Shown one piece after another: positions 1 to 8,757 of a stretch of DNA of 64,000 nucleotides (position 1 is the stretch's first letter; each line of letters opens with the position of its first letter). The translations under genes were made by a program, and so were the position numbers. The DNA lies in contig JALSNW010000043.1 in assembly GCA_026986785.1 (NCBI GenBank), positions 9,653 to 73,652 of the forward strand. Direction: 5' to 3'. Below the pieces are notes generated by a model. The model searched no databases, was not told where the DNA came from, and saw only the letters and a list, made by a program, of their open reading frames with translations. This stretch comes from Deltaproteobacteria bacterium (GTDB taxonomy: Bacteria > Desulfobacterota > Dissulfuribacteria > Dissulfuribacterales > QOAL01).

Positions 1-891
1 CCTGACCTTTGCCGTCGGCCCCAAGGGTATGTCGAGAAGCAGATGAGTAGAACCTGCCGCCAACTTCTTGGATAGTATGGAAGCAACCATCTGACCTGTG
101 GCATCTATACCCAAGGGCCTTTCAACTGTAATGAGTATATCATCCACAGGGGCAAGCCTAGATGTGCCACCCCATGCCAAGCATCCTCTAACCTTTCTCA
201 CAATCTCGTAGAGCCTCTCTGGCTCCAGATTGACTTCGGCCAAAACCTCCATGGTATCTGCTGTACCTGCTGGGGACGTAATAGCCCTGCTGGATGTCTT
301 GGGAATAAGCATCCCGTGTGCTGCCACTATGGGGACTACGAGCATGGAGGTCCTGTTTCCTGGGATGCCTCCTATACAGTGCTTATCTGCCACAATAGGT
401 TCATGCCAATCAAGCCTTTGGCCAGAGTCGGCCATAGCCCTCGTATAATAGAGGATCTCCTGCCTTTCGAGCCCAGTCTCTGCACATGCAACAAGAAAGG
501 CCGCCATTTCCATCTTGGAATAGCGATTTTCTATGATATCCCTTGTTATGGCCTTGAAATCCCTGTAGCCCAACCTGTCCCCGGAGATCTTCCTCCTCAC
601 GGCATCCATGGAGACAGGAGGCTCGGGATGATCTACAACTACTGCTGTACCTTCAGGCAGGCCGAGTTGGGTAAACGCCTGCTGAGACAACCCTAATTCT
701 CCTGGCGCCACGATGGAATCATCGTCGACTACGTTCAGTACGGCGAGGATCATATGATGATCTGCCGTGATCTTTATCTTGGAAAGGGCCTGAAAACCTG
801 CAGCACGATAAAACTTACACCTACTGTTCAAATAGGCGACATTCTCTTTGTATGTATCTATTGAAAGCCTTTTGAGCCTGAGCTTTTCCAT
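1..891 (-). CDS. Thymidine phosphorylase family protein (putative thymidine/AMP phosphorylase), partial; the C-terminus lies beyond the window edge
   Basis: Not in the ORF track because it runs off the window edge. My reverse-strand translation from the ATG (CAT at 889-891) reads [21 protein letters not shown]...[50 protein letters not shown]. This matches the glycosyltransferase family-3 pyrimidine-nucleoside/AMP phosphorylase pattern. Confidence 0.75.
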   Translation of the reverse strand, partial: MEKLRLKRLSIDTYKENVAYLNSRCKFYRAAGFQALSKIKITADHHMILAVLNVVDDDSIVAPGELGLSQQAFTQLGLPEGTAVVVDHPEPPVSMDAVRRKISGDRLGYRDFKAITRDIIENRYSKMEMAAFLVACAETGLERQEILYYTRAMADSGQRLDWHEPIVADKHCIGGIPGNRTSMLVVPIVAAHGMLIPKTSSRAITSPAGTADTMEVLAEVNLEPERLYEIVRKVRGCLAWGGTSRLAPVDDILITVERPLGIDATGQMVASILSKKLAAGSTHLLLDIPLGPTAKVR

Positions 892-1091
892 TCCAGAACC
901 AGACACCCCTACTTTTTTAAACGGCCATTAAACCTTAAAACCTCCATAGATTCCAGGTCTAAATATACATTCATGGCCTGGGGAGATAATTGCCTTGAAA
1001 CTTCATATCTGTTTTATTATCAACTGGTATCAAAGGACTCTGCAATTACAATACATAGACCCACTGCTCGACGAAACTGATAGGAGTAAAA

Positions 1092-4000
1092 ATGGCTCAT
1101 CGGATTGAAGTATGTTTGAAACCCCATTTAAAAGATGCCTTGGGACTCAAGACCGCAAAAAGGGCCAGGCAAAATCTAGGGTTAGAAATAAAGGACATCA
1201 GGACTGCAAAGGTATATCTCATAGATGTTAAACTCGATGCCGGTCAACTCGAAGAAGCTGCCACAGGGCCTTGTTCTGACCCGGTAATACAAATCTTTTC
1301 CATAGATAGGCCCATTGGAACGAAACTGGCTGCTGAAAACGGCCTGAATTGGGATTGGGCCATTGAAGTGGGCTTCAGACCCGGTGTCACAGACAATGAA
1401 GGGAAGACGGCCAAAGAGGCCTTGGAACTCCTTCTTGAACGCAGGCTTTCCCCTGAAGAAGGGGTTTACACTGCAACCGTCTACCTGGTGAAGGGCAATT
1501 TAGACAAACAGCAGGCAGAATCCCTCACAAACGATCTCCTTGCAAATGAACTCATCCAGAGGACCATCATCTGCCCTTTTGACCAGCTCGAGACAATGTT
1601 CTCAGCCCATGACAGCCCATTTTACGTCATACCGAGGGTTACTGGCGAATCCAAGATAGAGGTCCTGGAATTTGATCTTTCTCAAATGAGTGATCAAGAG
1701 CTCTTGGAGCTATCCAGGCAGAGGGTACTGGTACTGAACCTCAATGAGATGAAGTGTCTCCAGGCCCATTTGCAAAGGGAGGAGACCATAGAAGAAAGAA
1801 AAAAGGTTGGCCTTGGCAGATGCTATACGGATTGCGAACTGGAGGCCCTAGCCCAGACCTGGTCTGAACACTGCAAGCACAAGATATTCAATGCAAAGAT
1901 AACCTACGATACCCCTGACGGCAGAGAGGAGATAAACAGTCTCTTCGACACTTACATCAGAGGGGCGACAACCAGCATCAGAGACAGGCTGGGCAAGGAT
2001 GACTGGTGCCTTTCCGTATTCAAGGACAATGCTGGTGTTGTCAAATTCAATGAAGAACTCAATGTGGCCTTCAAGGTGGAGACCCATAATAGCCCCTCTG
2101 CCCTTGACCCCTATGGAGGTGCCCTCACCGGTATCGTAGGAGTCAACAGGGATCCATTTGGAACAGGCCTCGGTGCCAAGCTCGTTTTCAATACAGATGT
2201 CTTCTGCTTTGGCCCACCAGACTATGACAGGCCATTACCAAAGGGGCTGCTTCACCCCAGGAGGATCTTCGAAGGGGTACGCGAAGGAGTCGAGCATGGA
2301 GGAAACCAGAGCGGAATCCCCACTGTTAATGGCTGCATCCTCTTCGATGAACGCTACTTGGGAAAGCCCCTGGTCTTTTGTGGGACAGGCGGCATAATGC
2401 CAAAGGAAATAAATGGCAAGCAATCCTGGCAAAAAAAGGCCCAGCCTGGGGATGCCATTGTCATGTGTGGCGGCAGGATCGGCAAGGATGGCATCCATGG
2501 CGCCACATTCAGCTCAGAGGAACTGCATGAAGGCTCCCCTGCTACAGCAGTCCAAATAGGAGATCCCATAACCCAAAAGAAGATGACCGATTTTCTCCTT
2601 CGTGCCAGAGACATGGGGCTTTACAATTCCATAACCGACAACGGGGCTGGAGGCCTCTCTTCCTCTGTAGGTGAGATGGCCCAAGAGTGTGGTGGATTCG
2701 AGCTCCACTTGGACAGGGCCCCCCTGAAGTACCCTGGGCTACAGCCCTGGGAGATACTCGTCTCAGAGGCCCAGGAGAGAATGACCGTTGCCGTACCCCA
2801 GGACAAGCTCGCAAAATTCCTCGAGCTTTCCGCCAAGATGGCAGTGGAATCCACTGTGCTTGGAACATTCACTGACTCTGGCAAATATCATTGTCTCTAC
2901 CGTGGTAAGACAGTGGCCTATCTCGATATGGATTTTGTCCATGACGGGGTGCCCCAGCTGGAACTCCGTGCTGTTTGGGAGCCTCCTCGCCATGATGAAC
3001 CGGATTTCCCAGAACCAGAAGACCTGGGAAAAGAGCTCAAGGCCCTGCTGTCGAGCTTTGATATCTGCAGCAAGGAATACGTGGTACGGCAATACGACCA
3101 TGAAGTACAAGGAGGAAGTGTGATAAAACCCCTTACAGGGGCAATGAACGATGGACCAAGTGATGCAGCGGTCTTAAGACCAGATCTCAACAGGCTCGAG
3201 GGCCTTGTTGTCTCGAATGGTATTTGTCCCAGGTACAGTGACATCGATACATATTATATGGTGTGTGCCGCTGTGGATGAGGCAGTGAGAAATGCCATAA
3301 GCGTAGGCGCACCATTCTTTGGCATGTCTGGCCTCGACAACTTCTGCTGGTGTGATCCAGTCCAATCGGAAAAGACCCCAGACGGCCACTACAAGCTTGC
3401 CCAACTGGTGAGGGCCAACAAGGCACTCTATGAGATATGTACTGCATATCAAATACCATGCATTTCAGGCAAGGACAGCATGAAAAACGATGCCACCATT
3501 GGCCAGGTAAAGATATCCATACCACCTACCCTACTCTTTTCCCTAATAGTAAAGATCCAAGATGTGAGAAAGGCCCTGACCCTCGATGCCAAACAACCAG
3601 GGGACCTGATATTTCTTATTGGGACTACCTATCCAGAAATGGGGGCAAGTGAATACTTTCGAGCCAAGGGCTTCATTGGCAATCAAATACCAAAGGTCAG
3701 GATCCAGGAGGCAGTGGAGATACACAAAAGACTCAGCCTCGCCATATCCAAAGGCCTTGTTGCAAGCTGCCATGACTGCTCAGACGGGGGCCTTGGTGTA
3801 TGTCTGGCAGAAAAGGCATTTGCCGGGGATCTTGGCATGGCCATTGACCTATCCACAGTACCATCGAATGATATCAACAGGCTGGATTTTCTCCTCTTCA
3901 GTGAAAGTCAGAGCCGATTCGTAGTGACGGTTTCACCTGACAAAAGAAAGGATTTTGAGGCATGCCTGTCTGGGGTGGCATCTTCACTCATAGGCGAGGT

Positions 4001-4103
4001 GACTGACAACGACACATTAGAGATGAGCTTTGACGGCAGGGCTATCATCAGAGAGAAGATAGCAGATCTTAGAGAAGCATGGCAGCAACCCCTAAGGTGG
4101 TAA
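1092..4103 (+). CDS. purL: Phosphoribosylformylglycinamidine synthase PurL, fused to two N-terminal PurS-like repeats
   Basis: 1003 aa. PurL/AIR-synthase-type motifs are present: FKVETHNSPSALDPYGGALTG, DNGAGGLSSSVGEMA, ISGKDSMKND. The N-terminal ~170 aa holds two PurS-like segments (IEVCLKPHLKDALG..., IEVGFRPGVTDNEGKTAKEAL...). Confidence 0.9.
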   Translation: MAHRIEVCLKPHLKDALGLKTAKRARQNLGLEIKDIRTAKVYLIDVKLDAGQLEEAATGPCSDPVIQIFSIDRPIGTKLAAENGLNWDWAIEVGFRPGVTDNEGKTAKEALELLLERRLSPEEGVYTATVYLVKGNLDKQQAESLTNDLLANELIQRTIICPFDQLETMFSAHDSPFYVIPRVTGESKIEVLEFDLSQMSDQELLELSRQRVLVLNLNEMKCLQAHLQREETIEERKKVGLGRCYTDCELEALAQTWSEHCKHKIFNAKITYDTPDGREEINSLFDTYIRGATTSIRDRLGKDDWCLSVFKDNAGVVKFNEELNVAFKVETHNSPSALDPYGGALTGIVGVNRDPFGTGLGAKLVFNTDVFCFGPPDYDRPLPKGLLHPRRIFEGVREGVEHGGNQSGIPTVNGCILFDERYLGKPLVFCGTGGIMPKEINGKQSWQKKAQPGDAIVMCGGRIGKDGIHGATFSSEELHEGSPATAVQIGDPITQKKMTDFLLRARDMGLYNSITDNGAGGLSSSVGEMAQECGGFELHLDRAPLKYPGLQPWEILVSEAQERMTVAVPQDKLAKFLELSAKMAVESTVLGTFTDSGKYHCLYRGKTVAYLDMDFVHDGVPQLELRAVWEPPRHDEPDFPEPEDLGKELKALLSSFDICSKEYVVRQYDHEVQGGSVIKPLTGAMNDGPSDAAVLRPDLNRLEGLVVSNGICPRYSDIDTYYMVCAAVDEAVRNAISVGAPFFGMSGLDNFCWCDPVQSEKTPDGHYKLAQLVRANKALYEICTAYQIPCISGKDSMKNDATIGQVKISIPPTLLFSLIVKIQDVRKALTLDAKQPGDLIFLIGTTYPEMGASEYFRAKGFIGNQIPKVRIQEAVEIHKRLSLAISKGLVASCHDCSDGGLGVCLAEKAFAGDLGMAIDLSTVPSNDINRLDFLLFSESQSRFVVTVSPDKRKDFEACLSGVASSLIGEVTDNDTLEMSFDGRAIIREKIADLREAWQQPLRW

Positions 4104-4603
4104 TGGAAGAGATACACCAAATCCTGGATGAAGAGGCATTCATGATACTTCATTCAGGGGAGACACCAGAGATCGCCTATCATGGCAGTCTCTATTATCT
4201 GTTTGAGGACAACGACGGCCCACAGCTAGCCCCGGATAGTGTCGACCTCACTCCCCTCGTAATGGCGGTATTTCAGAGATATAGAAAGATACTTCTCAGG
4301 GACATGAACCCGGAATTCAGAGACAAGACAATCTATAGAGGCCTTGCCAGGAGTATAGCCAACTGGCACAGACTAAAAAACTTCTGTGAGAAAGAAGGCC
4401 TCGATATTAAAGAGGCTAGAAAAGAGGCCAGGCAGCAGCTCGTGGCATTTCTGGACAACGAGATGGAGGAGATCCGCTCGGGCAAAAGGACATCTTCTGC
4501 CATCAACTGCACCTGGAAAGAGTTGGAGAGATTCGCCCAAGAACTGGGCATTGACTGCGAGGACCTGCCCGAAGGCCTGGAGTACCTGTGCGACAGGCAA
4601 TAG
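4103..4603 (+). CDS. Hypothetical protein (acidic, helical)
   Basis: The track ORF is 4079-4603. The internal ATG at 4103 shares a TAATG overlap with the purL stop (4101-4103), which suggests translational coupling. I recognise no family. Confidence 0.5.
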   Translation: MEEIHQILDEEAFMILHSGETPEIAYHGSLYYLFEDNDGPQLAPDSVDLTPLVMAVFQRYRKILLRDMNPEFRDKTIYRGLARSIANWHRLKNFCEKEGLDIKEARKEARQQLVAFLDNEMEEIRSGKRTSSAINCTWKELERFAQELGIDCEDLPEGLEYLCDRQ

Positions 4604-5700
4604 GAGAATATCACAATCCTAGTCCTGACAACGACTGTGGAAAGGGCAAGATAGCCACTGTAGTCGCCCTTTCCTTGGCCCTGTTGATCCTTCTTGGCGG
4701 GCTGAGGATACTCCTGCCCTTCTTCGAACCAATCTGTTGGGCCATTATCCTGGCATTGTTTTTTCATCCTGTATACAAACACCTGCTCTCCATCCTCAGG
4801 GGCTCTTCTGCCATGGCTGCCTTCATAATGTGTGTCCTTATCATCACATTTATCGTCATCCCCGTGTTCATACTGATAACCAGCCTTACATCAGAGGTCC
4901 TAAGGGTATATACAACCAGCATCTCCCACATCCAAAGAGGTGAATTTTCACTCGTGCCAGATGCTGCCACGTATCCAATGATGCACAAGATAGGGGTACA
5001 GGTACTCAAGGCCTTCAAGCTCTATGGTGCTGATCTAAAGACCACCCTAATGGATCTTGCCAGGAACATGGGGGAATATTTTCTAAGACAGGGTTCGGTA
5101 GTATTCAAAAACCTTGCAGCAATAATCTTCAAGGCAGCCCTAATGGTGGTCATCCTTTTTTACCTCTTTACAGATGGAGAAAGTATGCTCATGTCCTTCA
5201 AGAAATTGTTACCCTTGAGGAAGACCACTGTTGAAAATTTCATGAAGCTCGCCTCAGACGTCCTTTCTGCAACACTTTATGGGAATATGTTGACAGGGGC
5301 CATACAGGCTGGACTTGGCATATTTATCTTCTGGTTTCTCGATTTCTCAGCCCCTCTACTGTGGGGCATCATACTCGGCCTTGGGACCTTCATCCCCATG
5401 ATCGGTACTGCTATGGTATGGGCTCCAGCCAGTCTATACCTATTTTTCGTGGGTGAATATCTCAAGGGTGCCATTCTGCTGGCGTTCAGCCTCTTGGTGA
5501 TCAGCCAGATAGACTATTTTCTCCGCCCTTATCTCATAAGTGACAAGACCGAGCTTCACAACCTCTTCCTCTTCCTCGGAATCCTCGGTGGGATAAATGT
5601 CTTTGGCCTCTTGGGCCTTATACTGGGCCCAATGATAATAGCACTTTGTGTCTCAATCCTCGAACTCTACAGACTAAACCTTATAGATAGAGAGATATAA
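4588..5700 (+). CDS. AI-2E family transporter (PerM/UPF0118-like permease)
   Basis: 370 aa and multi-TM, with a family-typical C-terminal region (FIPMIGTAMVWAPASLYLF). The start is uncertain because it overlaps the upstream ORF by 16 nt. Confidence 0.8.
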   Translation: MRQAIGEYHNPSPDNDCGKGKIATVVALSLALLILLGGLRILLPFFEPICWAIILALFFHPVYKHLLSILRGSSAMAAFIMCVLIITFIVIPVFILITSLTSEVLRVYTTSISHIQRGEFSLVPDAATYPMMHKIGVQVLKAFKLYGADLKTTLMDLARNMGEYFLRQGSVVFKNLAAIIFKAALMVVILFYLFTDGESMLMSFKKLLPLRKTTVENFMKLASDVLSATLYGNMLTGAIQAGLGIFIFWFLDFSAPLLWGIILGLGTFIPMIGTAMVWAPASLYLFFVGEYLKGAILLAFSLLVISQIDYFLRPYLISDKTELHNLFLFLGILGGINVFGLLGLILGPMIIALCVSILELYRLNLIDREI

Positions 5701-6627
5701 ATGGCTGATAAAAGTACATACTTGGCCCTACTTGAATCAGGGGAACTTAAGAAAAGGGTTGATTTGGCCATGAAAGGCCTAAGGAAATGCAGGTTATGCC
5801 CTCACAAGTGCAAGGTAGACCGAACAGGAGGAGAAAAAGGCTTCTGCAAGATCGGCCAAAGGGCAAAGGTGGCAAGCTATGGTGCCCATTTTGGAGAGGA
5901 ACCTGTGATCTCGGGCACCAGGGGCTCTGGTACGATCTTCTTTTCTGGCTGCAATATGAGATGCCTTTATTGTCAAAATTTCGAGGTCAGCAGGGCCATT
6001 GAAGGTTATGAGGTAACTGGACAGATCCTGGCATTCTTTTTTCTTTCCTTGCAAGAACAGGGTTGCCACAATATCAATCTCGTAACCCCATCTCATGTGG
6101 TTCCCCAGATCCTCGAAGGGCTATTGTTGGCAGCAAAAGAAGGCCTGAGCATCCCTATAGTGTACAATACCAGTGGTTACGACAGGGTATCCACCTTGAA
6201 ACTCCTTGATGGGATAGTCGATATCTATATGCCCGATATAAAATATTCTGATAGTCGTATAGGCCTCGACTTGTCGAAAATAAAGGATTACTGGCCCATT
6301 GCCAAGACGGCTGTGAAAGAGATGTTCAGACAAGTGGGCAACCTTGAGACCGATAAAGAGAATGTGGCCCAACGAGGCCTCTTGATCAGACATCTTGTGC
6401 TTCCAGGGGATCTTAGCGGGACCAAAAAGGTGTGCGAATTCATAGCCAAAGAGCTCTCTCCAGACACATTTGTGAACATCATGGATCAATACCATCCCTG
6501 CGGCCATGCCTTTGAACATCCACCCCTCGACAGGCCTATCCATCCTGAAGAGTTTGAGCAGGCCTTGAAATGGGCCAAAGAGGCTGGCTTGAAACGGGTG
6601 ATGCAATTTTCTGACAGGAGATTATAG
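5701..6627 (+). CDS. Radical SAM protein, PflX-like (homolog of pyruvate formate-lyase activating enzyme)
   Basis: CX3CX2C cluster motif GCNMRCLYCQN. There is also an N-terminal Cys-rich segment, CRLCPHKCKVDR. The start codon directly abuts the upstream stop codon. Confidence 0.85.
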   Translation: MADKSTYLALLESGELKKRVDLAMKGLRKCRLCPHKCKVDRTGGEKGFCKIGQRAKVASYGAHFGEEPVISGTRGSGTIFFSGCNMRCLYCQNFEVSRAIEGYEVTGQILAFFFLSLQEQGCHNINLVTPSHVVPQILEGLLLAAKEGLSIPIVYNTSGYDRVSTLKLLDGIVDIYMPDIKYSDSRIGLDLSKIKDYWPIAKTAVKEMFRQVGNLETDKENVAQRGLLIRHLVLPGDLSGTKKVCEFIAKELSPDTFVNIMDQYHPCGHAFEHPPLDRPIHPEEFEQALKWAKEAGLKRVMQFSDRRL

Positions 6628-6632
6628 TTCCG

Positions 6633-7265
6633 ATGAACAGGATCTTTGCCATTGGAGACATACATGGCTGTTTAGACAAGATCCATGCTCTTCTTGCCAG
6701 GCTCCCAGCAGACCATACAAGGGACAAGATAGTATTTTTGGGTGACTATGTTGACAGGGGTCCTGATAGCAAAAAGGTATTGGATCTCGTCATAGGCCTC
6801 CACAAAGAGTATCCATCTTCATTCGTATTTCTAAAGGGGAATCATGAGGCCATGTTCTTGGACTATCTGGAAAATGGGCCTTTGAAACAAAGCTTCCTGG
6901 AATTCGGCGGCACAAAGACCCTTGAAAGCTATGGTGGCAACGACTTTGACGCCAACATCCCCAAGGATCACCTGGAATTCCTAAAAGGCCTTGAAACCAT
7001 CTATGTTACAGAAAGATTCTGTTTTGTTCACGCAGGCCTGCGGCCAGGCATACCCATAGAGGAACAGAGAGAGGACGATCTACTCTGGATAAGGTTCAAG
7101 TTCATAAAATCCAATTACGACTGGGGCAAGAGGGTCATATTTGGTCACACACCCTTTGACACACCTCTAATAGAGGCCAATAAGATAGGCATTGATACAG
7201 GAGCAGTCTATGGTGGGAGGCTCACCTGCCTGGTTTTGCCAGAGATCGAATTCATATTTGAATAA
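6633..7265 (+). CDS. Metallophosphoesterase (PPP-family Ser/Thr phosphatase, ApaH-like)
   Basis: Signature motifs GDIHG, GDYVDRG, GNHE and a downstream GH. Confidence 0.85.
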   Translation: MNRIFAIGDIHGCLDKIHALLARLPADHTRDKIVFLGDYVDRGPDSKKVLDLVIGLHKEYPSSFVFLKGNHEAMFLDYLENGPLKQSFLEFGGTKTLESYGGNDFDANIPKDHLEFLKGLETIYVTERFCFVHAGLRPGIPIEEQREDDLLWIRFKFIKSNYDWGKRVIFGHTPFDTPLIEANKIGIDTGAVYGGRLTCLVLPEIEFIFE

Positions 7266-7289
7266 AAAACAACCTCAAGGATACTGTCG

Positions 7290-7721
7290 TTGGGAGATAT
7301 GGCTAAAAAAAAGAAAGAATTGAAAACCAGCATTGAGCGGGCACTACAAAACCCAAGGATCAAGAACCAATACATGAAGGAAATGGAGAGGGTATTTCTC
7401 GGGCCAAAGGCAAGCCCTGAGCACGAAAGAGATCTACAAAAACTCCATGATTCCTATGGCTCGACCCGATTTGAGAAACAGGCTGCCAAATACATAAAAA
7501 AATATGGTCTGCCAGATGACTGGGGGGCCCTGCTTCTCCTATTGGATCTCAAGAAGGCCAACGATATCATAATTGAAGTAATGGAAAGGCTTGTAGAGAT
7601 CTCAAAGGACAGAAGTGCCCTGGAGAAAAAGGGGCTGAAAAGTAAGCTCAGGACCTTGGTCCTGACCTCTAAGGATCCTGCCATTGCCGATGCTGCAGAG
7701 GCAATGATTGAAGAGATATAG
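7290..7721 (+). CDS. Hypothetical protein (Lys-rich, helical)
   Basis: 143-aa ORF that fits tightly between its neighbours. It may start at TTG 7290 or ATG 7299. I recognise no family. Confidence 0.5.
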   Translation: MGDMAKKKKELKTSIERALQNPRIKNQYMKEMERVFLGPKASPEHERDLQKLHDSYGSTRFEKQAAKYIKKYGLPDDWGALLLLLDLKKANDIIIEVMERLVEISKDRSALEKKGLKSKLRTLVLTSKDPAIADAAEAMIEEI

Positions 7722-7727
7722 GGCAAG

Positions 7728-8627
7728 ATGCAGTCTCCATGGGAATCTTCCATAGATGACTATCTCGCCTTTATCTCAGTGGAAAAGGGGCTGGCCTCCA
7801 AGACACTTGAGGCCTACAGTGGCGATCTTTTGGAATTCATGGACTATGCCTTGGGCAAGGGCATAGCATCACCTAATGGGGTCAACACGGCTCATATAAT
7901 CAAGTGGCTGAAAAAACTGAAAAAAAATAATATTTCTCCCACAAGCGCCACAAGAAAGTTATCCTCCCTGAGGGGGTTTTTCAGGTACCTGGTCCTTGAG
8001 GGGCTTATTCCTGTATCACCAACATCTGTGATAAACAATCCCAGGACAGGCCAGAGCCTCCCAACTGTCCTCAGTGTCCAGGAGGTGGACAGGCTGCTGA
8101 GCCAGGCCCAAGGCACATCTCCCATAAGCACAAGAGACAGGGCAATGCTGGAATGTCTCTATTCCTGCGGCCTGAGGGCCAGTGAAGCCGTAAACCTCCT
8201 CATGGATCAGATAGACCTGAATGAAAGATTTCTGAGGATCAGGGGAAAGGGGCAAAAAGAAAGGATGGTGCCCCTTGGGACTGATGCCGCCCTATGGCTT
8301 GAAAAGTACATAAAACACGAAAGGATGAAGCTGCTCAAAAAACGCAAAAGTTATTATTGCTTCCTGGGCAGAGGGGGGAAACCCATCTCCAGACAGAGGC
8401 TCTGGCAGATCATAAAGGGATATGCCCAAAAGGCCGGCATAAAACAGGCCGTCTATCCTCATGTCCTACGCCACTCTTTTGCCACCCACCTGTTGGAGGG
8501 AGGGGCAGACCTGAGGGCTGTTCAAATGCTTTTAGGCCACAGTGACATAAGTACTACCCAAATATACACCCACCTCGACATCGGCCACCTACGGCAGGTA
8601 TACAAAAGATTTCACCCAAGGCCTTGA
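7728..8627 (+). CDS. xerD: Tyrosine site-specific recombinase, XerC/XerD family (XerD-type)
   Basis: Catalytic-region motifs CGLRASEA, HVLRHSFATHLL and LGHSDISTTQIYTHL (R-H-R-Y signature). The N-terminal SAM-like domain reads IDDYLAFISVEKGLASKTLEAY. Confidence 0.85.
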   Translation: MQSPWESSIDDYLAFISVEKGLASKTLEAYSGDLLEFMDYALGKGIASPNGVNTAHIIKWLKKLKKNNISPTSATRKLSSLRGFFRYLVLEGLIPVSPTSVINNPRTGQSLPTVLSVQEVDRLLSQAQGTSPISTRDRAMLECLYSCGLRASEAVNLLMDQIDLNERFLRIRGKGQKERMVPLGTDAALWLEKYIKHERMKLLKKRKSYYCFLGRGGKPISRQRLWQIIKGYAQKAGIKQAVYPHVLRHSFATHLLEGGADLRAVQMLLGHSDISTTQIYTHLDIGHLRQVYKRFHPRP

Positions 8628-8757
8628 AAAAGATATCTGGACAAGTACTGAAAAAACTTTTCTCAACGGATCAATTAAATTAAAATTGTCTGTCTGCGCG
8701 TCGGCTTGGCTGAATATAATAACTCGGACAAATAGCTAATCATGCCTGTACAAAAAA

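Noticed and set aside
7728-8627. The tyrosine recombinase could mark an integrated mobile element or genomic island.
   Set aside because: The sequence is XerC/XerD-type rather than phage-integrase-type. No flanking tRNA, direct repeats, phage genes or transposase genes are present, and the neighbours are housekeeping genes.
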